Shown: positions 1 through 13,496, numbered from the stretch's first letter. The stretch: DNA of 64,000 bases from Chiloscyllium plagiosum (GCF_004010195.1 NC_057736.1:22338831-22402830); one strand, 5' to 3'. Numbers and translations are program-made. The notes: a model not told the origin generated them from the sequence alone.

Positions 1-222
1 GTGTGGAATGCTCTGCCCCAGAAGACAGTGGAGGCCCAGTCTCTGGATTCGTTTAAGAAAAAGTTGGATAGAGCTCTCAAGGATAGTGGAATCAAGGGTT
101 ATGGAGATAAGGCAGGAACAGGATAAGGACTGAGGATGATCAGCCATGATCATAATGAATGGTGGTGCAGGCTCGAAGGGCAGAATGGCCTACTCCTGCA
201 CCTATTGTCTATTGTCTATTGT
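1..222 (+). mobile_element. 3' end of a CR1-group LINE (second family) with (TATTGTC)n tail
   Basis: Reads as an RT C-terminal remnant (VWNALP..., FKK.LD) followed by the CR1-type 3' end ggctcgaagggc..aatggcctactcctg and a tandem tattgtc tail. Confidence 0.75.
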
Positions 223-901
223 CATTGAGATGCAGAAATAAATGAACATTGTCTGGCAGCATGTAGTAGTGCTCCAAACACTACACTATTGTCTATGCTT
301 CTGTAAGGAAGTTTCTTGGTTATGTTTGCTGTTAACTTTAATCATGAATTTGAACAAAACCATTTGATTTAGTGGTTCTCACACTATGCTCTCACACTCA
401 GGCCCCATCAACCTTGTCTGATATTTTTTACCGCAGTACCTTGACTGATCTTAGCAAAAATAGAGAGGATGAAATTAATCTTAAGCAGCAACAAAAATAG
501 GCAAGCATGCATCAACAGTCTATTTTATGCAGTTTCCAGTTTTCTTTCCCATTGACTTCAATCTATCTCTTGTTAAAATTTCTGTTCTCCTTCACATGAA
601 GATTTGGACAGGTAGGAGTAATCCATCCAGTCCCTCGAGCTTGCTCTGCATTTAACAAGTTCATGGATTCATCTGATTGTAACCGCAAATCTATGTTCTT
701 ACTTTTCCCTATAATTTTTCAACTTCTTACTCATCAAGAATCTATAGAGCACTGCCTTACAAATATTCAGACTCCCTTCCACTGCCTTTTTTTGGAAGAG
801 AGTTCAAAATACTTATAATCCTTTATGAGAAAAATAAAGTTTGTCTCATTTCTGTTTTAAATGGACAATGCCTTCTTTTAAACAGTGTCCTCTAGTTATA
901 G

Positions 902-1641
902 TAGAAAGTGAGGACTGCAGATGCTGGAGACCAGAGTTGTAAAGTATGGTGCTGGAAAAGCGCAGCAGGCCAGGCAGCATCCGAGGAGCAGGAGAATCGA
1001 CGTTTCGGGGGGGTTGGGACTGAGATAAGGTGGGAGGAGGGGAAATGAGGAAGCTGGAGAAATCTACATTCATACATGTGTTTGTTGGAGGGTTCCTAGG
1101 CGGAAGATGAGGCGCTCTTCCTCCAGGCGTCCTGTGGCCAGGGTCTGGCACCAACCCAACCGCCCCGTGGCTGAAAACTTTAACTCCCCCTCCCACTCCG
1201 CCAAGGACATGCAGGTCCTTGGCCTCCTCCATCACCAGACCCTGGCCACATGATGCCTGGAGGAAGAGCGCCTCATCTTCCGCCTAGGAACCCTTCAACC
1301 ACACGGGATGAATGTAGATTTCTCCAGCTTCCTTAATTCCCCTCCACCCCACCTTATCTCAGTCCCAACCCTCGGATTCAGCACCGCCCTCTTAACCTGC
1401 AATCTTCTTCCCGACCTCTCCGCGCCCACCCCCTCTCCGGCCTAACACCCTCACCCTCACCTCCTTCCACCTATTGTATTCCCAGCGCCCCTCTCCCAAA
1501 TTTCCCTCCCCACCTTTTATCTCAGCCCGCTTGGCACACCAGCCTCATTCCTGAAGAAGGACTTATTCCTGAAACGTCGATTCTCCTGCTCCTCGGATGC
1601 TGCCTGGCCTGCTGCCCTTTTCCAGCACCACACTTTTCAAC
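902..1641. mobile_element. Penelope-like (GIY-YIG) non-autonomous element with inverted ends and 14-bp TSD
   Basis: 905-1008 is the reverse complement of 1571-1641. Internal GIY-YIG C-terminal remnant (LEEERLIFRLGTLQPHGMNVDF). TCCTCTAGTTATAG is duplicated at 888-901 and 1642-1655. Confidence 0.8.
1547..1582 (+). ncRNA. Minimal hammerhead ribozyme motif (PLE family A)
   Basis: CTGAAGA-AGGA-cttat-TCCT-GAAA-CGTC: catalytic core, stem II and palindromic ACGT stem III. Confidence 0.65.
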
Positions 1642-1702
1642 TCCTCTAGTTATAGACTCTCCATGAGAAGTATCAACTCTCCACAATCACCCTGTTAGAG
1701 TA

Positions 1703-3990
1703 ATAGAGTCATAGAGATGTACAGCATGGAAGCAGACCCTTCGGGCCAACCCGTCCATGCCGACCAGATATCCCAACCCAATCTAGTCCCACCTGCCAGC
1801 ACCTGGCCCATATCTCTCTAAACCCTTTCTATTCATATACCCATCCAGATTCCTTTTAAATGTTGCAATTGTACCAACCTCCACCACTTCCTCTGGCAGC
1901 TCATTCCATACACATACCACCCTTTACATGAAAAAGTTGCCCCTTAGGTCTCTTTTATATCTTTCCCCTCTCTCCCTAAACCTATGCCCTCTAATTCTAG
2001 ACTTCCCCACCCCATCCTATCCATGCCCCTCATGATTTTGTAAACCTCTACAAGGTCACCCCTCAGTCTCTGATGCTCCAGGGAAAACAGCCCCATCCTA
2101 TTCAGCCTCTCCCTATAGCTCAAATCCTCCAACCCTGGCAACATCCTTGTAAATCTTTTCTGAACCCTTTCAAATTTCACAACATCTTTCCGATAGGAGG
2201 GAGACCAGAATTGCACGGAATATTCCAACAGTGGCCTAACCAATGTCCTGTACAGCTGTAAATGCCCTCGTAACTCCTGTACTCAATACTCTGACCATTA
2301 AAGGAAAGCATACCAAACGCCTTCTTCACTATCCTTTTCTGCGACTCCACTTTCAAGGAGCTATGAACCTGCACTCCAAGGTGTCTTTGTTCAGCAACAC
2401 TCCCGAGGACCTTAACATTAAGTGTATAAGTCCTGCTAAGTTTTGCTTTCCCAAAATGCAGCACCTTGTATTTAACTGAATTAAACTCCATCTGCCACTT
2501 CCCAGCCCATTGGCCCATATGAACAAGATTTCTTTATAATCTGAGGTAACCTTCTTCACTGTCCACTACACCTCAATTTTGGTGTCATCTGCAAACTTAC
2601 TAACTATACCTCTTATGCTCGCATCCAAATCATTTATATAAATGATGAAAAGAAATGGACCCAGCACCAATCCTTGTGGCACTCTGAAAAATAACCCTCC
2701 ACCACCACCCTCTGTCTTCTACCTTTGAGCCAGTTCTGTATTCAAATGGTGAGTTCTCCTGTATTCCGTGAGATCTAACCTTGCGAATCAGTCTCCCATG
2801 GGGAACCTTGCCGAACGCCTTACTAAAGTCCAAATAAATCACATCTACCGCTCTACCCTCATCGATCCTCTTTGTTACTTCTTCAAAAAACTCAATCAAG
2901 TTTGCGAGACATGATTTCCCTTCACCCTAACAGGAATATACTTTCTCTGGATTCTCATTTTCTCATTTCTGAAAGCTTCACATTTTCCAAACTTCCCTTT
3001 ACCTGCGAACATGTGTCCCCAATCAGCTTTTGAAAGTTCTTGTCTAATACCATCAAAATTGGCCTTTCTCCAATTTAGAACTTCAACTTTTGGATCTGGT
3101 CTATCCTTTCCCATCACTATTTTAAAACTAATAGAATTATGGTCGCTGGTTCCAAAGTGCTCCCCCACTGACACCTCAGTCACTGCCCTGCCTTATTTCC
3201 CAAGAGTAGGTCAAGTTTTGTACCTTCTCTAGCAGCTACATCTACATACTGAATCAGAAAATCTTTTTTGGATTAGATTCCCTACAATGTGGAAACAGAC
3301 CCTTCGGCCCAACAAGTCCACACCAACCCTCCGGAGAGTAACCCACCCAGACCCATTTCCCTCTGACTAATGCACCAAACATGGCCAATTCACCTGACCT
3401 GCATATCTTTGGGTTATGGGAAAAAACTAACGCAGACACAGGGAGCATGTGCAAACTCCACACAATTGCCCAAGGCTGGAATTGAACCTGGGACCCTGGT
3501 GCTGTAAGGTAGCAGTGCTAACCACTGTGCCACCCTTCTTTGTACACACTTACCTAATTCCTCTCCATCTAAACCCTTAACACTATGGCAGTTGCAGTCT
3601 ATATTTGGAAAGTTAAAATCCCCTACCATAGCCACCCTATTTTTCTTACAGATAACTGAGATCTCCTTACAAATTTGCTTCTCAATTTCCCTCTGACTAT
3701 TGGGGGGTCCACAAAACAATTCCAATAAGGTGATCATCCCTTTCTTATTTCTCAGATCCCCCCAAATAACGTCCCTGGATGTATTTCCGGGAATATCCTC
3801 CCTCAGTACAGCTGTAATGCTATCCCTTATCAAAAACGCCACTCCCCCTTCTCTCTTGCCTCCCCTTCTGTCCTTCCTGTAGTATTTGTATCCTGGAACA
3901 TTAAGCTGCCAGTCCTGCCCATCCCTGAGCTATGTTTCTGTAATTGCTTTGATCTCCCAGTCCCATGTTCCTAACCATGCCCTGAGTTTA
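1703..3990 (-). mobile_element. CR1/HER1-like LINE, 5'-truncated and internally deleted, interrupted by a SINE
   Basis: Fragments of APE endonuclease (VGDFNFPNID, GTSDHN) and RT (YLDFSKAF, RPLLEY..QFWSP); (ATGACTCT)-type 3' tail. Confidence 0.9.
3271..3535 (-). mobile_element. HE1-like V-SINE nested in CR1
   Basis: tRNA-like head (GTGGCACAGTGG..GGTTCAATTCC), V-domain gtgtggagtttgcac, CR1-derived tail gggccgaagggtctgtttcc and aatct repeats. Confidence 0.85.
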
Positions 3991-4339
3991 TCAAATCACC
4001 ACATATTCTTCCAAACTCCAGTGGTTACACCTAATCTTTCCTCATGAGACCACCTGCCCATTCCAGATTGGTCCAGTGAAAGTTCTCTGAACTGCCTACT
4101 TACACCATTCTTTAAATACGGTGACCAAAACCGTGCACAGTATTTCTAATGTGGTCTCACCAAATACCTTTATAACTGAAGGACCATCACCTGACTTTAG
4201 TATTTAATTGTATTGTGCTTATGAAAAATGATGACACTCTATGAGCTTTCTAATTACTTGCTGCACCTATGTACTGGCCTTTTATGGTTCATGCGCTAGG
4301 ACACCCAGGTCCCTTTACATATCAGAACAAAACAATTTG

Positions 4340-4715
4340 TTTGATTAGCACCACATCTACAAACATTTAGTCCTTCCACTGGTGTTGCTCAACATTGGCA
4401 ATGGAAACCATCTACAAGATGCGCTGCAGAAATTTATGAAGGCTCCTTAGACTGCACCTTCCAAACTCACAACCATACCACCTAGAAGGATAAAGGCAGC
4501 AGGCACATCTGCAAGTTCCCTTCCAAGTCACTCACCACTCTGACTTGGAAATATGTTGCTGTTTCTTCAGTGTCGCTGGGTCAAACTTCTGGACTCTGTA
4601 CCTGTGTCAAATGTACTGCAGAAATTTAAGAAGTCAGACGCCCAGTACCTTCGATAGGACAATTAGGAATTGGGCAATAAATGCCAACCCAGCAACCCTC
4701 ACACCCCATGAATTA
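4340..4715 (+). mobile_element. Old LINE 3' remnant (third family)
   Basis: Shares ctgcaagttccc.tccaagtca.tcacca..ctga.ttggaa and gggcaataaa motifs with the copy at about 21990-22260. Confidence 0.55.
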
Positions 4716-5109
4716 ATTTAAAGGTCTATCAGAACCCAAGCATTTATCAATTCACTGTGCCATTAATTTACTCAGTACCATCTTGTACATACTTGCTTTT
4801 GAAATGTTCGCAGAAATTCCTCCTATCTATCTAGCTTTCTTTCACACTCTAATCTTTCCCTCATTAACTCTCTGATTATCATTTGCTCTTTGCTTCCCCT
4901 TTATGTCCTCCGACGTTGAACAGTTATTTGTGCCACATTGCTGTGGTTAATTAGCTCATCAACTGTGCAGCACCCACTCTCATACAAATAAGCTGAACAA
5001 ACCTCAAACCTCTTGGATCCTTTCAAAGCCTGAGGCTCCAATGCTCCTGTCCTCTGGGTCCCCTTACCTGCCTCAAACTTTATCTTGCTATTTTTCCTTT
5101 TTTGTCCTC

Positions 5110-5893
5110 CATGGAATACTGGGAGAACTAGCTATTTGGATACAGAACTGGCTCAAAGGCAGAAAACAGAGAGTGGTGGTGGAGGGTTGCTTTTCAGATT
5201 GGACCAGCAGTGTGCCACAAGGATAGGTGCTGGGTTCACTGCTTTTCGTCATTTATATAAATGATTGGGATGTGAACATAAGAGGTATAGTTAGTAATTT
5301 TGTAGATGACACCAAAATTGGAGGTATAGTGGACAGCGAAGAAGCTTACCTCAGATTACAACGGGATCTTCATCAGATGGGCCAATAGGCCAAGGAGTGG
5401 TAAATGGAGTTTAATTTAGATAAATATGAGGTGCTGCATTTGTGAAAGGCAAATCAGGGCAGGACTTATACACTTAATGAAAGATCCTGGGAGTGTTGCT
5501 GAACAAAGAGACCTTGGAGCGTAGGTTCATTGTTCCTTGAAAGTGGAGACAAAGATAGACAAGAGAGTGAAGAAGGCATTTGATGTACTTACCTTGATTG
5601 GTCAGTGCATTGAGTATAAGAGTTAGGAGGTCATGTTGTGGCTGTACAGGACATTGGGTTGGCAACTTTTGGAGTACTGCATGCAATTCTGGTCTCCCTC
5701 CTATAGCAAGGATGTTGTGAAGTTAGAAAGGGTGCAGAAAAGATTTACGAGAATGTTGCCAGGGTTGGAGCAATTGAGCTACAGGGAAAGGCTGAATACA
5801 CTGGGGTCATTTTCCCTGGAGCGTCAGAGAATGAGAGGTGACCTTAGAGAGCTTTATAAAACTATGAGGGGCATGGATAGGGTAAATAGACAA
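5110..5893 (+). mobile_element. CR1/HER1-like LINE RT fragment
   Basis: RT C-terminal motifs (WIQNWL..RKQRVVV; LEYCMQFWSP; LERVQKRFTRMLPGL) with stop codons. Confidence 0.9.
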
Positions 5894-5898
5894 TGTGG

Positions 5899-6020
5899 AG
5901 AAAGTGAGTACTGCAGATGCTGGAGAGTCAGGGTTAAAAAGTGTAGTGTTGGAACAGCACAGCAGGTCTGGCAGCATCCAAGGAACAGGAGAGTTGACGT
6001 TTCAGGCATAAGTCCTTCAA
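5899..6020 (-). mobile_element. Penelope-like element 3' terminal fragment
   Basis: Same terminal sequence as 905-1008 (gaaagtgag.actgcagatgctgg...gacgtttc). Confidence 0.75.
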
Positions 6021-6233
6021 CGTGAATGACACAAAAAACAAACAGCCAGAGTAATATTGAATGAACTGCAGGGAGATTAACCTTTCGTTATATCTAATTT
6101 TTCTTTGTAAGGAAGAATTCTGTGAAGAACAATTTTTCTGTGAGCCGTTATGCTGTAAAGAATTAATGTCTGCTGTAAACTGGGCTCTAAGTAGTTGACA
6201 ATGGAGCTGATTCATTTTTCTTTTTTTATATAG

Positions 6234-6260
6234 TTTCCACACTTAGCAACAATAATTTGA
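6234..6260 (+). CDS. RHCE: Terminal coding exon of an Rh30-type (RHCE/RHD-like) gene; the rest of the gene lies upstream of the window
   Basis: Strong acceptor (tttttctttttttatatag), then TTTCCACACTTAGCAACAATAATTTGA = FPHLATII*, resembling human Rh last exon FPHLAVGF*. Lies tail-to-tail with TMEM50A as in mammals. Short, so support relies partly on synteny. Confidence 0.72.
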   Translation, partial: FPHLATII

Positions 6261-8461
6261 AAACATTCACCATCATTGTTGCTATTTGGGCACAACAAGA
6301 CTACAGGTGATAAATAATTTCCAAAAGGTTGAAGTAATTTCACAAGAAGTATACAAAAGAACAATGGACTCTTGAATTTAAGCAAACAATAATGTATGGC
6401 TTTGTCTGCTGATACCACTGCCCAAATGTAATATGAAACATGTCCATGCATGTTGAAAACACACTGGACTGTATAAGCATTTTTCAAAATGCAAGAGCTT
6501 TATACAATACTTGGTTGTTTCTGTTTTTGATTAAGTATTGTATTGATTGTGTGAAAATTTGTATTTTCTGATCATGTGAACCTTGTAAGCCAGCATTAAA
6601 AACGTTGAAGAAATTTTGATGTAGTAACTATTTAGAAAAAGTGAATCTTCCTTCATGGAGTATTTAACAAATGTAATAGCTGTATGACAGCTAGTCATAC
6701 AGACCAGAAGTTTACATGCTCAAGATTCCATGGTCTGTGCTGTTAGATAATGTCATCTCAGCCAACTATATGGTTTTGTAATACCTCTTAGATCCCTTGG
6801 AAAGGAATAGAAAAATCAGCTTGTGTTATTATTTCTATCCAGGATTTTTGGTGGAAAAATATCCACAAATAAAAAAAATCAATCCTTCACATCCAAATAA
6901 TCTGCCAAAGGCAACTGTTTGGGTTCACTTATTTTAAAAAATGTCATTTGGTAATATTATTTTTTTAAGGTGAATGATTCCCCCCCGCCAAAAGTAGACA
7001 GTATAAATTTTACTAATCTGTCCACCACTGGCTTTGTGGGCCAACAGTATACGAGAGAGATTTGGAAATGAAGGACAGCATACCATGTTTTACAAATAAT
7101 TTCTTTTAAATATTTTCCACACCTGAAAAACCAAATCTGAAATCATCCAAAATAGACAGATATTCCAAATTTTTGACATTTCCGTAGTGCAAAAAGATCT
7201 AGACCAACTGCATAAATTCACAAAATGCATTTTTATATTTCTACAAATACAACACCATCCCTGAAAATTGACATCAGTTTATTTTCCTGGTTTATTTGAA
7301 ATAAAATTAGTAAAATTGAGAATTTTACAGATGCTACAAGTACAATCAGAAATGCAATAAGATTCAATTATTTCAATTCATAAGCCTGACTCAGCCATAT
7401 ACCCACTTAACATTGAACCCAACATCACTCAACTCCAGAAGTGTTCTTATTTATCTTTTATTCGGTAAGATGACAGCAGCATCATTGTTATATCATGAAC
7501 ACATTTTCCTGATTTTGATTCTTATCTGCAATGTAAGTCACTTGAAAAAAGAACATATGGCTTGCTTATGTGATGCAAATGTTCTTATCACATTTTAGAG
7601 TCTTTCTGTAGTATTGTACTAATTTCAATCCAACTGCAGAGGTTGGATTGTAGATATAATGATGATATAATGTGTGATTATTTGTCAGCTAAAGATTTGA
7701 CATGGAATATTAAGTGTGGGGTGGTGTTACAGTTCACTTGGAGTCAAAGTTGCTGTGTCAACATACACTTTTAGTTGTTTTCTCTTACTGCATAATAGAT
7801 TTCTGTTTTATTACTTTCATATAGCATAAGCAAGCATAGATATTGAGAAATTGTGCTGCTTCATTGGGGCCATTGTATTAGCATAACATGATATACACCA
7901 GAGGTAGAGAGAAATTATGCTATCTCCCTGCAGTTCATTCAATCTTTAGAATTGGGTGTCACTTATACTCAACGGCTGAGTATCTATATTCAATTCAAGA
8001 CAGACGTTGATAGATTTTTGGGAAATTGGAGAATTTTGAAATAATGGAGTAGCACGGGAAAGTGGAATTGAGGTAGAATATCTGCTATTAAGTGGCTGAG
8101 CGGGTTCAAAAGCTTTATTTTAAATGCTCTTATGTGCTCATTCACAACCTCTCCTTATTCTATTAACAATCCAAGCTGACTTGTAAAATACTTAGGAGTG
8201 CAGTGGAGCCATTTTAGATTTAAATTTTTATTGTCACGTGTAGAGAATTACAGGATTAGAGTGAAAAATGTATCATGTTGCAACACATGGTACCATCTTA
8301 AGTACAAAGGTACCTAGGTACAAAAAAAAACTTAGGTACAAAGTAGCAAAGGAGACAAAGTTAAAAAAGGTTAAGCATTATCTTCATATAATAAGCAGAA
8401 AAATAAAGAAACAAGGTCATAGTTAACAGATTAAGGAATTTAGCAGAAAAGGTATGTTTAG

Positions 8462-9318
8462 TGTAGGAGTGGCCCATACATGCTTGTACCAAAATGGTCT
8501 GTGTCAGCTCACAAAAAATTGGCCTACAAGGATTATGTAGAATGAGGCAGCCTGTCCCAGCATTAAAACCCTAAATGGCTGAAAATAGATAAACGACACA
8601 AACAGCCTTTTGATAAGAGCATGCCTAAAGACAAACAAGTGATGAACCGCAGCCACATTAATGAAAGTATAATTGGCCCAGTAAAAACATTTAAACCTCG
8701 ATGTGGGGATTAATTAGCTTTAGGAACTGACTTCTTTTATGCCCTGAACAAAAGAGGCTGTTCACAGCCCACCAATCACAAAGTGCTACCAAGACTAGTT
8801 GTATAATTTTACACGTTATAACTAACATCATATCAGAATTCAAGCTGTCCTTAGACATAAGCCAGCCTGAGACAGATCCGAAATTGTAATTTTGGAATGC
8901 GAATGATTAGGATGCATAGAAAGATCCAAGGCCTAGAGATTATTGTGTCTGTTAAACACTATGAGACCATGGGAATCTGAGGTTGTCTGCAGGGATGCCC
9001 ATCATTAACTAGGTGTCCATCATTGATTAGGTGTCCCTTGGGATTGGATATATGAAGAAAGAAGGAAGGACAGTTATTGCTGTATTTGATTATTGTAACA
9101 AAATGTATAAGAATATTGCTTTTTACTGTAAAGACTGCATGTCATTGATCTCTTCTGATCTAAGCTAAAGACTAAGTGAATAATTAAGTTTGTATGTCAA
9201 GGCTAGATTTGGGGAAGATCCTTTGGCCCTCTCCTTGCTTTAAGTGGTTTCTACTTAAATAAAAGAATCCTGCCTGCCTCCTGAGTCTTCATCCACGACT
9301 GGGGATTACGCTCCTATA
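8462..9318 (+). mobile_element. Solo LTR of an LTR retroelement/ERV
   Basis: Inverted termini TGTAGGAG...CTCCTATA, 5-bp TSD TTTAG (8457-8461 and 9319-9323), internal CCAAT-like, TATA-like (about 9105) and AATAAA (about 9259) signals in LTR order. Confidence 0.75.
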
Positions 9319-9869
9319 TTTAGTTTCAGGCTTCCATTAGCAGGCTTGCCATCTTGAAACTACAAAATAACTTTACTTATGATTAGTCCCCTGAGCATGC
9401 CAGGTACTGGTCTAAGTTAGACTTCATTGTTCCCCAATTAATTTCCAGGAAAAAGAGATGGCAATATATACAGCAATTTGCAGTTTGGCATCTTTTTGTG
9501 GTATAAAATGAGCTCGTGTATCAGCAAAATATTTGAATTGATTTTTAAGACTGATCAGCTGCAAGGTAACATTTTTACAAAATGCTTGGTCCTGTTATAT
9601 AATCTGGGACAGATTACACATCCAAACAACTTCCAGTGACATGAATGCTTTCTCGTATAGGTCATCTCAACAGGTCAGAAATGGTTAATTAAGAATCGGG
9701 CTAAAGTGCTCCTAATTTCAGAGTCATTCTCAAGTCAAAGTGAATATTATCTGCCATATTTTCACTCATTCACTTCATACAACCAACTGCTATAATGGAA
9801 TTAATGAGACTTATTTGACAAACCACCTCTTCTGAACACAAAATCTTTTGGAAAAAAAGTACTCATACA

Positions 9870-10562
9870 AAGATCCTGGGGTGTGTTGCTGAACAAAGAG
9901 ACCTTGGATTGCAGGTTCTTGGTTTCTTAAAAGTGGAGTCTCAGGTAAATAGGATAGTGAAGGCAGCATTTGGTGTGCTTTCCTTTACTGGACAGAGCAT
10001 TGAGTATAGAAGTTGGAAGGTCATGTTGCAGCTGTACAAGACATTGGTTAGGTCACTTTTGGAATATTGTGTTCAATTCTGAAATCTCTCCTATCGGAAG
10101 GATGTTGTGAAACTTGAAAGGGTTCAGAAACAATTCACAAGGATGTTGCCAGGGCTGTAGGGCTTGAGTTACAGGGAGAAGCTGAATAGGCTGGGGTTGT
10201 TTACCTTGGATTATCAGAGGCTGAGGGGTGACAGTACAGAGGTTTATAAAAGCATGAGGGGCATGGATAGGGGAAATAGACAAGGTCTTTTCCCTGGGTT
10301 AGGGGAGTCCAGAACTAGAGACCATAGGTTTAGGATGAGAGGAGAAAAAAGGGATCTAAGGGGCAACTTTTTCACACAAAGGGTGGTGTGTGTTGAATGA
10401 GCTGCCAGAGGAGGTGGTGAAGGCTGGTACAATTACAACATTTAATAGGCATCTGAATGGGTATATGAATAGGAAGGGTTTAGAGGGATACGGGCCAAGT
10501 GCAGGCAAATGGGACTAGATTAGGCTCGGATATCTGGGCAGCATGTACGAGTTGGATCAAAA
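9870..10562 (+). mobile_element. CR1/HER1-like LINE 3' fragment
   Basis: RT C-terminal remnants (SYREKLNRLGLF, RDLRGNFFTQRVV). Confidence 0.9.
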
Positions 10563-10651
10563 GCACAGAAACAGACCCATCTATCGCTATAGCTCTCTGA
10601 CATCCAGACCCGTTTCATGGTAAGAGAAAAAAAAAAAGAGTTAATACTGGA

Positions 10652-10990
10652 GGCAGCATGGTGGCTTAATGGTTACCACTGCTGCCTCACAGCGCCAGTG
10701 ACTGGGTTAGTTTCATCCTTGGGGTGACTGTCTGCGTGGAGTTTGCATGTTCTCAGTGTCTATGCAGGTTTACTATGTGTGTTCCGGTTTTCTCCCACAG
10801 TCATTATATGAGCAGATTAGGTTGATTGGCCATGGTAAATCACCTATAGTGTCCAGAGATGTGCAGATTAGATGGATTCACCAAGTGAAACACGGGGTTA
10901 CATGGTTCAGAGTCTGGGAGGGCTACTCTTTAGAGAGTCTGTGTGGATTCGATAAATCGAATAGCCTGCTTCCACACTGTAGGTATTTTG
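10652..10990 (+). mobile_element. Diverged HE1-like V-SINE
   Basis: tRNA-like head, gtggagtttgca V-domain, gcctgcttccacactgtagg tail. Confidence 0.75.
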
Positions 10991-13490
10991 TGGAGTCTGT
11001 GGCCTTTCATCATAACACTTCTGACAAAGTCACACCCCTAAAAGGTTAACTGTTTTTCTTGTTTGACAGCTGCTATCAGATGAGTATTTCTTGCTTTTTC
11101 TATCTTTGTTACAAACTGTCCAATAAATTTTCCTTGAAATAAAAATTCTTCTCTCTTTTGGGCCATGTGGTATTCCAAATCAAGACCTGCGAAAAGTAGT
11201 TGCCAAATCTCTGCAAATTGGCTGAACTGCCAATTAACCAAATATAAGTAAGCCCTGAGTAACTTCCACAATAACATTTTTACCCTTATGAGGAGACAAC
11301 CTTTATTATTGTCTTGGTCAGATGCCTGAGTCAAAGTGTCAACAATGCAGAGATTTATAGTTAATCTTCTTGCTGATTATTTCATTGTTTATCTTCCATG
11401 GCACAGCATATCAAACAATGGCTTCTTGTATCAGAAGGAACATGGAGAGTTCTAAGTACTACAATAAATAGATCCAGTTATTGCTCCATCATTTTTGAAA
11501 TTTATGATTTTAATACTTGGTAATTTTGCAATTGATGGATTACACATACACTTCATAATTAAAACAAATGAAAAAGTATTGATTACACAAAATAGCAAGT
11601 AATTAAAATATATGATTGAGCCCCATGGTAACTTTAACAAAGCAAAAGAAAGCTCATAAATGATAAATCTGCACTAAAGTCAACTTTTCATTACTTGCCT
11701 GTGCAAAATCAAGTTAGATACCAAAGAATTATTATTATGGCATTTTATAGGAATCCTTTTTACTTTTTTATTTTTAGGAATGCAACAACTATAGCAGAAT
11801 ATATAAACAACAATTACTAATAAGCTACAACTTAAAAGACCCTGTGTATGTCTGTATGAGAGGGGTCAACATGATTTGTAGTGGACATGGCTGCCAACAT
11901 AATTCCTGAATCTCAAGATTTCACATAAACTAACATTCTAAGAATGCCACCACTGATCACTGGAGCTTCTCTATCATCAGTATTAAATGTTAGAAATATG
12001 TTGATAATTACCTTCAATTTAATCTTAAAACTGTCATTACAATATTCCCCCACTGTATTAGCATAGCTTTCTCCAAATCTGGTAATAGTCATCTTTCTTT
12101 GAACTACCCAAGTCAGTTATTGCTACTTACTTTTTCTGTTCAGAATATAACAAGTCATGTATTCCATCAAGTTGGACTTCTCATTGGAAAAGGGAGAGCA
12201 TAAGAAAACCAGTAAAGTTAGAGGGACATTCGCCAGGAATCTCCAACTTACAAACACCAAAATCTTTAATGCAATCTTGCAGTGTTCACAAATACATCAT
12301 TGTTTTAGCAAACAGGGGGTTTTAAGAGATTGAACAATGCAGATCTTATTTAGTAGGTAAAGTACAGAGATAGTAACTACCTGGCTCGAAACACCCAGAA
12401 CATCTTAAGCTCGTGTAGAAGCATCATACAAACTAACATTAGTTTTAAATCCAAGAGCTTCTATATTTAAAACAAATATTAGGAATTTCCTGGAAACTTC
12501 TGCTGCAACAATATCCATAATATAAAGTTGCTTTCCAGCACAGGAGTTGAGGAAGATGTTGTGTGGGATAATCTGGTCAATGCTATTCTATTTTGGCAGA
12601 GCATTTCTGAATTAGGTTAAAGTGCTCGTCAAACTCTCCAAAACATAACAGGTCTGTCCCAATTTAGAACCCTGCAAAAACAAATTTTTTAGATTCATGC
12701 TAATTGTAAGACAGTTATACCAAGTAAATCTAGACAGAGTGGGTTTGATATCAACTAATGTAGACTGACTCAGGACTTTCTGTTAAGTAAAGCTATTTGA
12801 AGTTTGATTTCTGTACTGCAGAATTGATTTTTTTTCTAGTTTTCTTTTTTTGGCATTTTGCTTGGATCAAATTTCCAAATGCAGAGATCAGCAAGTTCTA
12901 AATGTTAATAGTTATAAGAATCCCAAACTACTCATCATGTTCAAAATGATATAGTAGCTGCACTGCCTGCCAGATTGGATATTTTCTGGTTATTCTAGAG
13001 GATGGAGTCTGAGACAAAAGGCAAGGTGGAGACGAATACCCATGTTAGAAGACAACAGCTATTACTTCCTCACTCCAAAAATGTGGTAAGAATGGACTTT
13101 CTAGATTAATTTCTAGATTAACAAGATAGATTATGTATGGGGGAGAAAAAATTAATATATATGATCAGTGAGTGATAATTCACCTTGAAACAAAGCAGAA
13201 ATACAAGGCGGATTTGTGCAAAATAATGAGGCGGCTGGACATGAGCATTATTGTTGATGCTCCCGCTTTTAAGAAAGCTTTGTCTGTACAATACTTGCAT
13301 TTGATTTGAATTTGCCAGTATGCACTTGGATTACTTTCCATACAGCATGGAAAGGTTAATGCAGCATGTTGTCTTTGTTGCATTTGCCAGTGCAATCAAG
13401 CCATCAATTATCAGGTCAGAAAATATCTCCAAAAGGTGTTAATTGCTGCTTACGGTTCAAGTCAAGCAGTCACATGACATCTTCAGCGCT

Positions 13491-13496
13491 TTTATT
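13491..13496 (-). promoter_or_regulatory. Candidate TMEM50A polyadenylation signal
   Basis: AATAAA on the minus strand about 640 nt after the stop codon. Confidence 0.4.

Noticed and set aside
12627-12671. Possible alternative last exon of TMEM50A (acceptor gtttttgcag; VLNWDRPVMFWRV*)
   Set aside because: Only a plausible acceptor; no homology or other support.
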